A stretch of DNA of 61,922 nucleotides, the filler included, from Nemertoderma westbladi (lineage: Eukaryota; Animalia; Xenacoelomorpha), in assembly GCA_032718475.1 (NCBI GenBank). It is 3 parts of 3 records of this genome, joined end to end, with 100 filler letters (N's around TTAATTAATTAA, not from the genome) between each part and the next. Parts side by side here need not be neighbours in the genome. Positions count along the whole stretch, not along the records: positions 1 to 20,204 come from JAUCBJ010001874.1; 2 more parts are not named here. The stretch is one strand, 5' to 3'. This document shows, in pieces, positions 1 through 11,675 of this stretch. The notes under the pieces are model-generated. The model was not told the origin of the DNA. It saw only the letters and a program-made list of their open reading frames with translations, and ran no database searches. The translations under genes and the position numbers were made by a program. How positions within the stretch are numbered: the stretch's first letter is position 1; every line of letters starts with the position of its first letter.

Positions 1-1019
1 CAAACTTCGCAAATGCTTTCATGTGTTATCACGAAACCCATTGGCTTGATAATTGTCCCCCTCGGATAAAACCTAAATATTACTCACGATACGTGGATGA
101 TATTTTTTGTGTATTTCAATCAAAGTCACAGGCTATTGATTATTTGAATTATATTAACACCAAACATAAAAACATTCAATTCACTGCAGAATTCGAAATT
201 GATGGAAAATTGTCTTTTCTGGATATCCTCATTACCAGAATTGACAACCACTTTCACACATCTGTTTATCGGAAACCGACTTTCACAGGTTTATATTCAC
301 AATTTGATAGTTTTATACCACTAAAATATAAGATAGCTCTAGTTAGCACACTAGTTTTTCGGGTTTTTAGTATTTGTTCAACCTGGACAAAGTGTAATAT
401 CGAGCTATCCCATTTAACTGACCTACTATGCCGTAATGGATTTCCCGTAGATTTTGTCCGGGATCTTATTGGAGACACCCTTATTAAATTAGTTGGGCCT
501 GTTAAACCTCTAGTTACTACAGTACCCAAGAAACGCGTACTGTTGTGCTTGCCATATTTGGGTGCCCAGTCACATTTACTTTATAAACGACTCCGTATTA
601 TATCTAAGGCTTTCCCATCAGTTGAACTGAGAATTATCTCCCTTCCCTCCTGTCGCTTAAGTAGCTTTTTCCCGTTTAAGGATAAATTACCCTCAGAGCT
701 CCGTCCCCTGACCATTTATAAATTTAAGTGCAGTGGCTGTGCGGCCACTTATTTTGGCAAATCAATACGCCACTATAAGGTCAGAGTGTCGGAGCATCTA
801 GGGTTATCACCCCGCACGGGAAAACCTGTCGCACCCAAGCACTCAGCTATACGTGATCACTCACTTGAAACAAATCATAGTGTACATTATGATGACTTTT
901 CAATTTTCTCCCGTGCTTCGAACAGTTATGACATCTTAATTAAGGAAAGCATACTAATTCGAAAATACAGACCTTCTCTCAACATCCAAGAATCATCTTT
1001 TCCCTTATTTTTGTTTTGA
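1..1019 (+). mobile_element. Penelope-like retroelement ORF, 3' part (RT + GIY-YIG endonuclease); open past the window start
   Basis: RT motif YSRYVDDIF, PLE thumb motifs LSFLDI / VYRKPTFTG, GIY-YIG domain IYKFKCSGCAATYFGKS..RVSEH..HSAIRDH..IKESILI..PSLN; frame is open from position 3. Confidence 0.93.
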
Positions 1020-1126
1020 GCTTACAGTACTTCTTGTTAGGAATTGGCGGGTAATTTGAACTTTTGTTGTAGTCCTACACTAGGTTTAATTGTATAACTG
1101 TTTATTGTCTGTTTGTGCCGCTTATT

Positions 1127-1166
1127 TACGCTGATGATGTTATTAGTAAATAACGAAACGTCCGTA
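1127..1166 (+). ncRNA. Minimal type I hammerhead ribozyme in the Penelope 3' pseudo-LTR
   Basis: TACG-CTGATGA-T-GTTATT(AGTA)AATAAC-GAAA-CGTC-CGTA: stem I TACG/CGTA, conserved core, 6-bp stem II, palindromic ACGT at stem III, GUC cleavage triplet; ~110 nt after the PLE stop codon. Confidence 0.85.
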
Positions 1167-1190
1167 CTTGCACTGTAAACTCATTTTATT

Positions 1191-4100
1191 ATGCAACATA
1201 CGGCAACAGCCCAGATTGGTAAGTATCCAGTAGATGTGATCGAGTCCATCTTGAGAAACTTCTACATGAACGACGGATTGGTGTCCAAGGACACGGCGGA
1301 ACAAGCCATAGAAGTGGCTCACGGCCTGCAAGAGTGCTTGGGTACAGGGGGATTTCCTCTGACCAAGTTCACTACGAACTCGGAGGCCTTATTAGAATCA
1401 TTCCCGGTAAAAGATCGCGGGAGCGGAGACATTGAATTGTGGGTAGAACCAATCCCCATGGCGCGAGTACTGGGACTCGCTTGAACCCGAACTCAGATAA
1501 GTTCCAGGTAAGAGTTAGATTTGAGCCCAGTAGCCCAGACAAGGTTTTGACAAAGAGAATTTGCTTATCGACTTTAAGTAGACTATTTGACCCGATGAAC
1601 TTTATCAGTCCGGTAATATTACAGGCACGAGCGTGCATGAGGAAAATTTGGTTGTCCGACATAGAGTGGGATGAACCAATATCTCCTATACATGCAAAGC
1701 AGTGGAGGGAGTGGGAAGCCGAGTTACATCTATTGAAAAACATAGATGTACCCCGTTCCTACTTTCCGAATCAGCTGGTATTCCCAGCTGATCTCGAACT
1801 GCATCTGTTTAGTGATGCAAGTGATACCGGCTTTGGTATGGTAGCCTACCTTCGCCGAGAGGTAAGTCAGGACAAGTTCGAGACGGCCTTTGTGACTTCT
1901 AGATCAAAGACAATGCCGGTCAAATACATGACTGTCCCTCGTGCAGAGTTACAGGCGGCTGTAGTTTCGGTCGAGGTAAGTAAGCAGATAACTGAGGAGT
2001 TAGATACGACATTGACCTTATTCTATTGGACGGACGCATCCTTGGTGTTAGTATACATTGCGGCCGACAATATTGCACTAAAGACATTTGTGGCCAACAG
2101 ACGCGCTCAGATCGTTGATTTTTCGACGAAGGAACAATGGAGACATTGTCCGGGAGTGTTGAACCCGGCCGACATAACTTCGAGAGGTGCAATGCCGGCG
2201 GAATTCTGTCAGGAAGAGTCGCAGGAGTTTTGGTTGCATGGACCTGATTTTCTAACGAGGACACAGGAACATTGGCCAGAGCGACTAAAAATAGTGACCA
2301 ATCCGATGCCTGAAGATGCAGAAGTCAAGGTGGAGAAAGTTTCTAAGTCAAAGTCTAAAGCCAAACTTAAGTCATTGGAGCGGCCTGAAGAGTCATTGGA
2401 GCGGCCTGAAGAGTCATTGGAGCGGCCCGGAGACCTATCAGACCAACAGACTTACGTGACTACTAGGTCCGGAAGGGTAAGTTATGACGTAAAACCACCC
2501 TTACAGACTAAACCAGGGTCACAGTTGGTAAGTGACGGACAGAAAATGACCGACAAAATGGATCCTTTGGTTTCCAAACCTGCGGGTTTGGATTCGAAAC
2601 TTCCATTAATTAGCGGACAACCGTCGCTGGCATTAGAGTCATGCAGTGTTTATGACAAATTACTAAATTCGTCTGCCTCTTGGCTGACAATTTGTAAAAG
2701 AACTGCGTGGTTAAGCCGATACATTTTGTACCTTTGTTTAAAACATTCGGAACATTTGAGAGAACCAACGAGCACTAATAGTGAGCGAATTCGGAAATTG
2801 AAACAACCTCTGACAGAGGATGAGATTGATCAAGCGGAATTAAAGCATTTGAAACATTATCAAATGTGTGCCTTCCCGAAAGAATTCCATCTATTATCGG
2901 CTCAACGACCAGTTCTCTATAAACCCCTTAGAAAATGGAGTCCATTAATCCATAAGGGTTTAATTTGTCATAGATCGAGAATCCAGACTGTCGACATAAA
3001 CTCACAGTTTCGATTCCCAGTGATAATCCCTAGTCACCCAATAGAATTGCAAAGAGCGATTCTATGGGATATACACAAGCGGTTGCATCACGCGGGAAGG
3101 TTACACTGTTTGTCGGCAGCGAGACAGCGATTCATTCTATTGCAGCCAAGCAGGACAGTCGGCACTATGTATGACGCCTGTCTGGTTTGCAAGAGGGTGA
3201 ACGCCAGAGTATTGGAACAGGAGATGGCTGAACTCCCGGAAGCGAGAGTACAGGCATATGACCCACCCTTTACGAACACAGGGGTGGACTGTTTTGGTCC
3301 GATTGAAGCAAAGAGTGGACGGCTGACCCACAAGCGATGGGGTCTGCTACTGACATGCATGGCTAGTAGAGCCATACACATTGAACGTGTGGCAGACATG
3401 TCGACCAAATCTCTGCTCCTGGCTTTAAAGAGATTTATGGCCAGGAGAGGACTAGTAAAGGCGTTTTACTCTGATAAGGGTACAAACTTTGTCGGGGGGA
3501 ATAGCGAGTTGAACGCGGCTCATAAAGCGGCACAGAATAAAGAAATTTCTGCAGCACTTTTGCCGCAAAGAGTAGAGTGGAGATTTAATACTCCAGAAAG
3601 TCCTTGGAGAGGAGGAAGTTGGGAGCATTTAGTTCGCTCTGTAAAACAGGCCATTGCTAAAACATTGCCTGTGAACAAACAACTTACCGACGACGAACTG
3701 GTCACAGCTTTCATTGAAATCGAGCATACCCTAAACTCGAGGCCGATAGCTATGTTGCCAGACGGTGTCGCATTAACGCCGAATCATTTGCTAATGCAGA
3801 GTCCAGCATTTCTTGTGCCGGCATCAGAACCCATTAGTGCCGACCTATATAGTCGTAAAAGCTGGAAAGTAACACAATTTGTGGCGTACACATTCTGGGA
3901 ATATTGGCGGGAATACTATCTTCCCACCATATCCACCAGAACAAAGTGGTACAAAACGGTTCGGAGTCTCCAAAAGGGAGATTACGTACTGATAACCGAG
4001 CCGATTGTCAAGAGAAAGTATTGGGAGACAGGTGTGATCTTGCATACACACCCAGACGTGCAAAACATAGTGCGCACAGTCACTGTGAAAATTAGGTGCA

Positions 4101-4237
4101 AGTGTCCGCACCCAAAAAAGTGTAAAACTAATGGTTTACACACCTTGGACCGACCGGTCCAAGATATTGTGTTATTGGAAGAGACACGCATCGAGACGGG
4201 AGATTATAATTTTTCTCCTGCCTCAAAACAGAATTAG
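1191..4237 (+). mobile_element. BEL/Pao LTR retrotransposon pol (RT C-terminus, RNase H, integrase), frameshifted near 1480
   Basis: NFYMNDGL (decayed YVDD), LFDPMNFISP, RNase H LHLFSDAS..GMVAYLR, PRAELQAA, NPADITSRG, integrase H..HAG..C..C, GVDCFGP, SDKGTNFVG, PWRGGSWE, LTPNHLL, FWEYWREYYL. Confidence 0.93.
2371..2427 (+). repeat. In-frame 21-bp tandem repeat (~3 copies, SLERPEE) in the RNase H-integrase linker
   Basis: gtcattggagcggcctgaaga at 2371, 2392 and 2413. Confidence 0.9.
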
Positions 4238-4945
4238 CGTCGGACGCAACTCACTTCGTATGCATTCCTCGTATGCAAATACAAGGAAATGCATAGGAGC
4301 GGGGTTGTGGTGATTTGCGTTGAGTTTTGTCTGGTGGGTATCAAAACAAAATTTTATTTTCAAAATTTTGGAAAATTTTAAATTTTAAAAAATTTAGAAG
4401 TGAACCCAAGACAATTCCAGACGCTGTGTATAGACGCGTTTTAGAATTCGTCTATAGATAAACAGTAATTTGAAAAGTCGTGAAGCCTGGAAAAATAGCA
4501 TTTAGAAACCATGGTGACGGCTATATTACGTAGGAGTGTAAATTGAGTTTAGCGACTTCCGCAGATTGGTGCCAACAGTACAACTAGGGTGCTAAAGGTT
4601 AGTAGCACCAGAGGCGTACATGGACCCCACTCAGTAGTTTGCAGTGAAGTGTGATGTTCGATTATCAAACCTGTGGGTTTGGTATAGTCGAGCGTTGAGA
4701 CTATTGTCCTTTCTAACTACTGTAGTTTAGTACGAGTAATAGGAGTAGTTTGGGCATCAAAAAGTGAGTTGGTCACGGCCAGTTTATCTCCAAAGTTTTG
4801 CGCTATGCATGGGAATAGGTTAGAGGATAGTTAGGAATGAGACGGGATCTAGAGAGTCGAACCTGAACTGCTGGAAGGCAGCGGGGGGTTTTCGGGAAGT
4901 CTGTCCTTCGATGGCATCTAACTGATTTACCCACCGTGTAATTGG

Positions 4946-5614
4946 ATGAACGATGAACCGCTACCTGCCGTCCGAGATCAATTCGACGGGATGCATCTTT
5001 ACCGGAGGACTCGAGGCGAGGACGAGCCGACGCCAAAGGGTTTCAACGTATACAAGTTGTTCTATGGATGCGGCGAATGCATGAACAGACAAGACGTAGC
5101 GATTCCCGACCGACTGGACGAGCAGCATCCTGAGCCGATGTTAACGCGATGTCAGGCTCGCTGGTTCCTTGGATACAACGAGGGAGGTTACCCAATGAGC
5201 AACCCGATGATCAGTATCGAATGCAGCGGAAAGCGGCCTCCAAGACCCATTACGCCGACCGTTACGACTTTAGATCCATATACGGAGATTAAACCCTGTT
5301 CGACACCCAGTTTGATAGAGACGGCAGCGGCCATTTCGCTATACCGAGCCTATAAGGACCTAGAGGCGCGGCGCGAAGCGGCACGGGACTCGAGTTCCTG
5401 GACCATGTTCACTTCGCTTCACCAGGAGAGGAAACTCACGCCTGAGTATCCAGACGAGATTCGCGCCATCCATCCGTCTACTAACCATACCCATGATCCG
5501 CGATTTATACGATATTTACCCCAAATTATTTCGGGAAGTTTCGACGAACGCCTTATTAAGCCCGAATATGTCCAATCCTTTATATATCATCGTCGCTCTG
5601 ATATATACGTCTAG
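4946..5614 (+). CDS. Accessory ORF (222 aa, CxxC) between BEL integrase and the 3' LTR; function unknown
   Basis: Lies in the env-like position; a homologous segment at ~39680-39840 differs mostly at synonymous sites. Confidence 0.65.
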   Translation: MNDEPLPAVRDQFDGMHLYRRTRGEDEPTPKGFNVYKLFYGCGECMNRQDVAIPDRLDEQHPEPMLTRCQARWFLGYNEGGYPMSNPMISIECSGKRPPRPITPTVTTLDPYTEIKPCSTPSLIETAAAISLYRAYKDLEARREAARDSSSWTMFTSLHQERKLTPEYPDEIRAIHPSTNHTHDPRFIRYLPQIISGSFDERLIKPEYVQSFIYHRRSDIYV

Positions 5615-6842
5615 ATTTATTATTACCCAGCGCACAATTGGCGGCCTAAGGAGACTCGTTAGGGGTCATTGACCTCTGAACGAGTGGAGGATCAGGACCG
5701 CCGCGCCCACAGCTACAACAGCCGGAGCTCACAGCTCGCGGCAAGTGCCAGAAGGAGGAGTCCTTGGCAAGCGCCAAGCCAAGGACGAACAGTCCCATTC
5801 TACATTTGAAGAAAGAGGAGTTGGCGGAGGCGCCCACAGGGACACGGCAAATGGGACGAGGCCGAGGGAGGAGCACCAGTCGGGAGATAGTCAGTGCCCA
5901 GGGAACGTCGTTGCCGGTTCTAGGAAGTGACGCCTCAAGGATGCCGTCAACAGAGTCTACAGGGGGTAGACTGGTGTATCTGGGGAGGGGACAAAGGAGA
6001 GGAGCGAGCCCGAGAGACCCAGGAGCTAGCCGGTGAGACTATAATATCACGGAGCGACAAACACAAGACATATACATCATCGTCGCTCTGATGTATATCA
6101 TAGGTTTTGATCAATCATTCGACTGGACTCATACACTAGTCGTATCCATGTTTTAGAATTTTATTGAAAGGAAATACTTTTACTTTATAGTCCGTTGGAA
6201 ATAGTAAATACTTTATACTATATTTGATTTGTGTATTTGACTTTATTTGCTCTAAAGTTTATTGAAAGAGGCAACGGAAGTAATTGGGGAGACAAACCCG
6301 CGGGTTTGGCTTACTCCTTTCACTTATCTGAGTAATCGTCAAACCAAGATGATTTGCGTTTTTTATAAGAAATTAAGTAAAGTCCGAAAATGAAAGAAAT
6401 TATTACGTATTTTATATTTAGTTTGATTATCGGCCTTTAATTCAATTTATTTAAAAATCTAGCCTCAAATACGTTTATATTTAGTTTAATTTGTTAATGT
6501 TGATCGTTAATTTGAGATGGGAAATGGGGGACATTGTCCTAGCCATGTTCCATTTCAATAGGTAGACAGTCAATTTGTAAATAAATAGAAGTAATATATT
6601 TTGTAAATTTAATTTTGTATGTAGTAATCGTTAAACAGTGAGAGAGATATATTTTTTTTTGTAAATTTAATTTGTACGCAATTCCATTATGCAATATCTA
6701 TGGCAATATTTGTAAATAGTAGAATTATTATAGCATCAAGTTATTTAGGTTATTTGGAAAGCGAATTTATTTTGTTTTGTATACATCGCCTTATACTCTT
6801 CTACAGTTGGAGGGAAACATTTCATGATTTCCCTTGGAGCGG

Positions 6843-9014
6843 TGTTACGGTATATGGCGCTGTATCCACATTATTAGCCGATGCAGTACACATTATTAGC
6901 TATTATGCAGTACGCATTATTAGCCATTATGTATCCACATTATTAGCCATCATACAGTATAATATGTTTGTTATTGTGCAGTATAATATATTAGTCCGTT
7001 ATACTGTACGCAATATTAGTCCGTTATTCAGTATAATATTTTAGATAAGGCATAATAGCGCAATGATATTTAGATAGGGAAATTGAAACGCCCATATATT
7101 TTGAATTCATCCATTTTGTATAGTATGTAGCCCTACCTACGTAATTTTGTATTAGGATATAGGTAGATAGTTCCAGGGTAGCAAGTTCAGTCGAACCCTG
7201 GATTTTGTGCTTGCTGTTATTAGCTTTGATAGGGCTAGCATATAGGGACGCTATCCTGACCATTCCGCAGCCAGGGACATGATCCATTACCATATATGGT
7301 AATAATTTGAGGGTTTGGGAGGCAATAGGGCTACAATCCGGCCTTCTTATTGGACTAACTGCTTCCAGGTTGGCCTAATGCTAGCGCGGACTGGAGAGCC
7401 AATAGGAGAGCGATTGCGTCACCTTATTGCATCACCCACTCGGATCACCTATAAATTGGCGGTTTTCCGGTAGAGCTGTACCACAACCACCCACCTCTCA
7501 ACTCAATCCACATATTTAGTACCATTAAGTTAGAAGTATAATTTTGCGTATTTCTGCAGTTTGCTATTTTTTGATTAATTTCTTGAAATGATTTGTTAGT
7601 GCTACTATTCTCAATTGCGTTTCTCAATCAATCCTATCGATTACTGCTAATTACAATCGGAACTATGATTTCTACCCGTTTTGTTAATGGTTCTATGTGA
7701 TTCATTTCTACGCAATAATCCTAAGGGATTTTTTGAGACTGTCAGACTTTTGTGATTTTGCATGCGCCGCTACGGTAGCTATTCAAATAAATGAAGGGCT
7801 AAGGTGCCGGTAGGCGGTGGGCGCATCGGGGGGTTGGGCGACTAAGGGAGAGCGGAGGATTCAAAGGCGAGCAACGCTGGCGGGGGGTCACCGTTGCGGT
7901 TGGGCAATTTGCATTGTAGCGTGGGGGCAGCTCGCTGGTACAGTAATTAAGGGGCTGATGATCCAGATTTTGTCTCAATCTTGTAGCGTTAGGGGGCAGG
8001 AATTGGGTTAGTTAGGAAGCCTAGATGTACCCGGGAGAGGTCTGCGTGCCTTACAATTGCTAATTGCATGCATTGCGAATTATTATATTGTGCTGTGTAA
8101 TTGCGAATTGCGTGCATTGCGAATTGTGTAATTGCGGATTGTACAATTGCGAATCGCGCATTGCGAGCTGTGATTGCTGACGCTGATTGGTGTGTTACTA
8201 AAGTGTGCCTAAGATTACGAATGCTTAGATAGGCGCTCTTTTCCCTTTGATTGATTTCTATCTCTTAGTTTACTGTAAATAATTACTGATTAGGTCAAAG
8301 TAATACAGTATTTTAGGCTGTTACATATTTGTGACTGTAATTAATTAGTAAAATTAAGAATTAGTACGCAGCATAGCGGAGAGTAGCTAAGGTAATAATT
8401 AGAGTACCGTAAACTATTCACGCTGAGCGGTTATTTGAATTAGCAGGCAATAAGCTAGATCGCAGTATTCAGTACGCAAAACGCATTAGTAATTTGCTGG
8501 CCTAAAGCCAGCCGCAGACAAGTTTAGTCCCACTATAGGTATTAGCCCTAATAAACACTGTACCATTTTGATTATTTTAAATATTCTCGCATTCACACAT
8601 TCCGTTAGGGAACCCCAGTATTCGCGATTAGAAAAGACGTAGGCATTGGCGTACTTTAACAGTAAGATTAGGTGTAAGAATATACTCTGAGTGTAAAACC
8701 TCTCACACTCGTTTTAAGTCAGCTTAGGGAGCCGATTCGGGTTTGTTGTTTTGGTTATTCCCGCGTGGCTCATATATTCGAACAGTTAGCTCTCTATCGA
8801 GTAATTGGTAGAGAAAGGAACAAGAAATTAGCAGGAGCCGTAGAAAATTAGTAAAACATATTAGCGGACGGCAGGTTAGCGCCATCTAACGGTAAGTAGC
8901 GGTTTTGTATTTAGCAGCCCCTCACATTAGCAATAATACGCTCCTGATTGCCCTGTCTAATAAATAGAGCAGTTTTGTGTCTTTATTGGTTAGGCCGGGG
9001 TAGTTTGTTTAACA
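6843..9014 (+). mobile_element. Long terminal repeat (~2.17 kb), probable 3' LTR of the BEL element
   Basis: Starts TGTTAC, ends TTAACA; homologous in reverse orientation to 45328-50473, which has the same termini and a 5-bp TSD; CCAAT (~7399) and TATAAA (~7450) motifs. Confidence 0.72.
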
Positions 9015-9017
9015 TTA

Positions 9018-10340
9018 TAAGCTTAGTGGAAGCAAAGTAGCTCAATGTTATTATAGGGATCAGTTTATATGAATAAATAATTGGTCTATTTTATGAAATA
9101 AAGTAACGGACTGATAGACCAACACAAACTCTCCTAATAAAAAGGTGCCTTGGATACCAGCCGTTGCCTAATATATGGATATTGGTTTCAGTAAAGGACA
9201 GTAGCAAAAAGAAAATAAGAGGATAATAGCAAAGCTGAATTGATATAAATCTGTCTAGAGGAGTTTACAGAACCCAACTGATGTAAGGAAAATTAAGATT
9301 GGAATTGAAAAAAAAAATTAAGAAAAATAATATTGGGCTGGACCACCATGATCATATTGTTAGATACAATACTTTTCAGTGGGGATGGACTGATGGATTT
9401 GATGGCTGACAACATTCTCGCATCGTATGTGGCATCCTGGATGAGGCAAGTCTCGGGCAAGTTGGAGGCCAGACATGCAGCATGACTGGCTACATTTAGG
9501 GGACTACCGGTTGTCAGCGCCTCAACAACCCCAGTAGTTCCAGAATGGGAGGACCGAATGACACTTCCGCATCAAGGGTTCTGAATCCCGATTCCTACAT
9601 GGCGGACGGGACGAAGAGCCAACTTTTTGCCGATTTTTCCAGGAGAAGTCCCGAATAGTCCTGGATACTTCTCAGCGGATTGTCGCAATATCCTCTTCCT
9701 CAGTCTCCGCCACCCGGAGAAGGAAGTCCAACTCCACCTAGACGCAGCATGTCATACTGGTGTGTACAGTCTGAGGGAACTCCAACTTTACAAACTATTG
9801 TCTTACAAACACGCGGGGCCTTCGCGCAGCACGTAACTCAGTTAAGCTTAGAAGCTGTAATCCTATTACTTGTTTGTATTTACAATACACCGCCATTGAA
9901 CTTCAGAATCTTTATTTTATTTGACAGACCACATTTAATTTCATCAATGATTGACTGACATATTTAGGTTTTTATCAATTACTGTTTATTGATTCAAGAT
10001 TTTACACCCTCCATCTAGCACATTATAAATAATAGTTAATTACTACAGTATGTTAATTTAAAAACAATTATTTAAAATAATTAATTATGGTAGGAGGAAA
10101 CAGGAAACATATATGAACTTGGAGAGTAGCGAATAGCAATGGTTGTTACTGCCCGGGGGGGGGAGGGTGGTCACTTCTGCAACATGTTTACGTCATTACA
10201 TTTGTATTGTGTGATATAATATACAAAGCGGCTCAGACGGGCAACTGAGGAGCCAACCATCACGCAGTTCTACAAACACTCTGTCCACACTGGTACTGGG
10301 TTTAAGATTATATATATTACTTGAGTTTATATATATTACT
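9018..10340 (+). repeat. Direct segmental duplicate, copy 1 (partner 14547-15875); contains a decayed minus-strand CRE-like RT fragment
   Basis: Near-identical sequence starting taagcttagtggaagc in both copies; near-identical predicted peptides at 9680-9958 and 15273-15482. Confidence 0.9.
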
Positions 10341-10810
10341 CAGCGGTTTCAATTATAGTATTATACTATAATTATATTAGATATAGAATTATACAGTTAT
10401 AGTAGATATATAGTATATATATAGCATAGGGGCTGTTCACATATTACGTAACGCTCAGAAGGGGGGGAGGGGTCTGCCTGAAACGTTACTATTTTGTTAC
10501 AGAGGGGGTGGGGGGGTTCGGGAATAATCGTTACGTAACGCTGAAATCTGGGTAAGAAAGTAAATTATTTCAATTTGCCAAAAGTAACAATATAAAACAT
10601 TTATATTTAAATATGAAAGTCTTTAATATAACTTTCATAAAATTATTATTGATTACAATACTCCCATTGGATGCAATAAATCTATAGGCCAGGTAACTTA
10701 GTGCCTGAGTACTAACAGTGGCCCTAAATGCTAGGTAGTATCTGAGGGAATAAGACCCCATGTCCTATTTTATTGTTTTCATATTAATAACTTGGTGATT
10801 GACAACTTAA

Positions 10811-10975
10811 CCCTTTACTGCATGAATTATTGATGCTCCATAGAAAAAAATTATTTTCGTGTTTTTCACAGTCATTTAGGTGTAAAAAACCTAAAAATTG
10901 GGAAATTTTTTTTTTAAAAATATACTAGCACTTTTTGCACCACTGTTGCACTAGTGCAACATCATGCATAAAGGG
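10811..10975. mobile_element. Degenerate piggyBac-type MITE
   Basis: TTAA + CCCTTTACTGCATGA ... TCATGCA-TAAAGGG; right-hand TTAA not preserved. Confidence 0.45.
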
Positions 10976-11675
10976 GATAGAAATATACATAATATTTGGC
11001 AAATTGTAAAGATGATTGTTTTCTTGATTCTTGTGTTGTATGGTTTTATGAGGGTTATGAATTCCATGGAATATATAAAAAGGGCATGAGACATCTCAAA
11101 CTTCTATATTTCCGCGGTAGGTCGAAAATTTGGTGTTAGCACCACTTTTTGAAAATCCTTGCCATAGATGAATTGATTGTAACATATTGTTTCATATTGT
11201 TTAACTAACATATTGCGTTATACTGGTTTATGGCGATTCTGAAAGTAATGAAATTTTTAAAAATGACACTAGAAATCTCAAACTTGTATTTTTCGGTGGT
11301 GGGTGGAAAATTTGGTGATAGCACCAATTTTTGAAAATACTTGAAATAGATAAATTGATTGTGACATCTTGGGGTCACTAGACATCTCAAAATCGCATTT
11401 TTTGGCGGTGGGTGTAAAATTTGGTGCCCAGCACCAAATTTTGTAAATATATCCAATAGTAATTGTTGTGCGACATATTGTTTCCCGCGTTATACGATTC
11501 ATAAGGGTTCTATATTAGAAAAATAAATGTTAATTTTTATGAATTTAGAATGCATTCTTTTATTCTAATATTTGCATAGGCCTGCCTATTTTTGGATAAA
11601 TATTGCATTGCACGAGTTTTCTATTATTTGTGGAAATCTAAGAAATAGTTTTTACTTTTCAAGTACCACTTCTTA

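Noticed and set aside
266-4313. Short overlapping or antisense ORFs within the Penelope and BEL coding regions
   Set aside because: Shadow frames of the retroelement ORFs with no independent motifs.
10428-10545. GGGGCTGTTCACATATTACGTAACGC transposon-like terminus
   Set aside because: Only one end found; no partner TIR or TSD to define an element.
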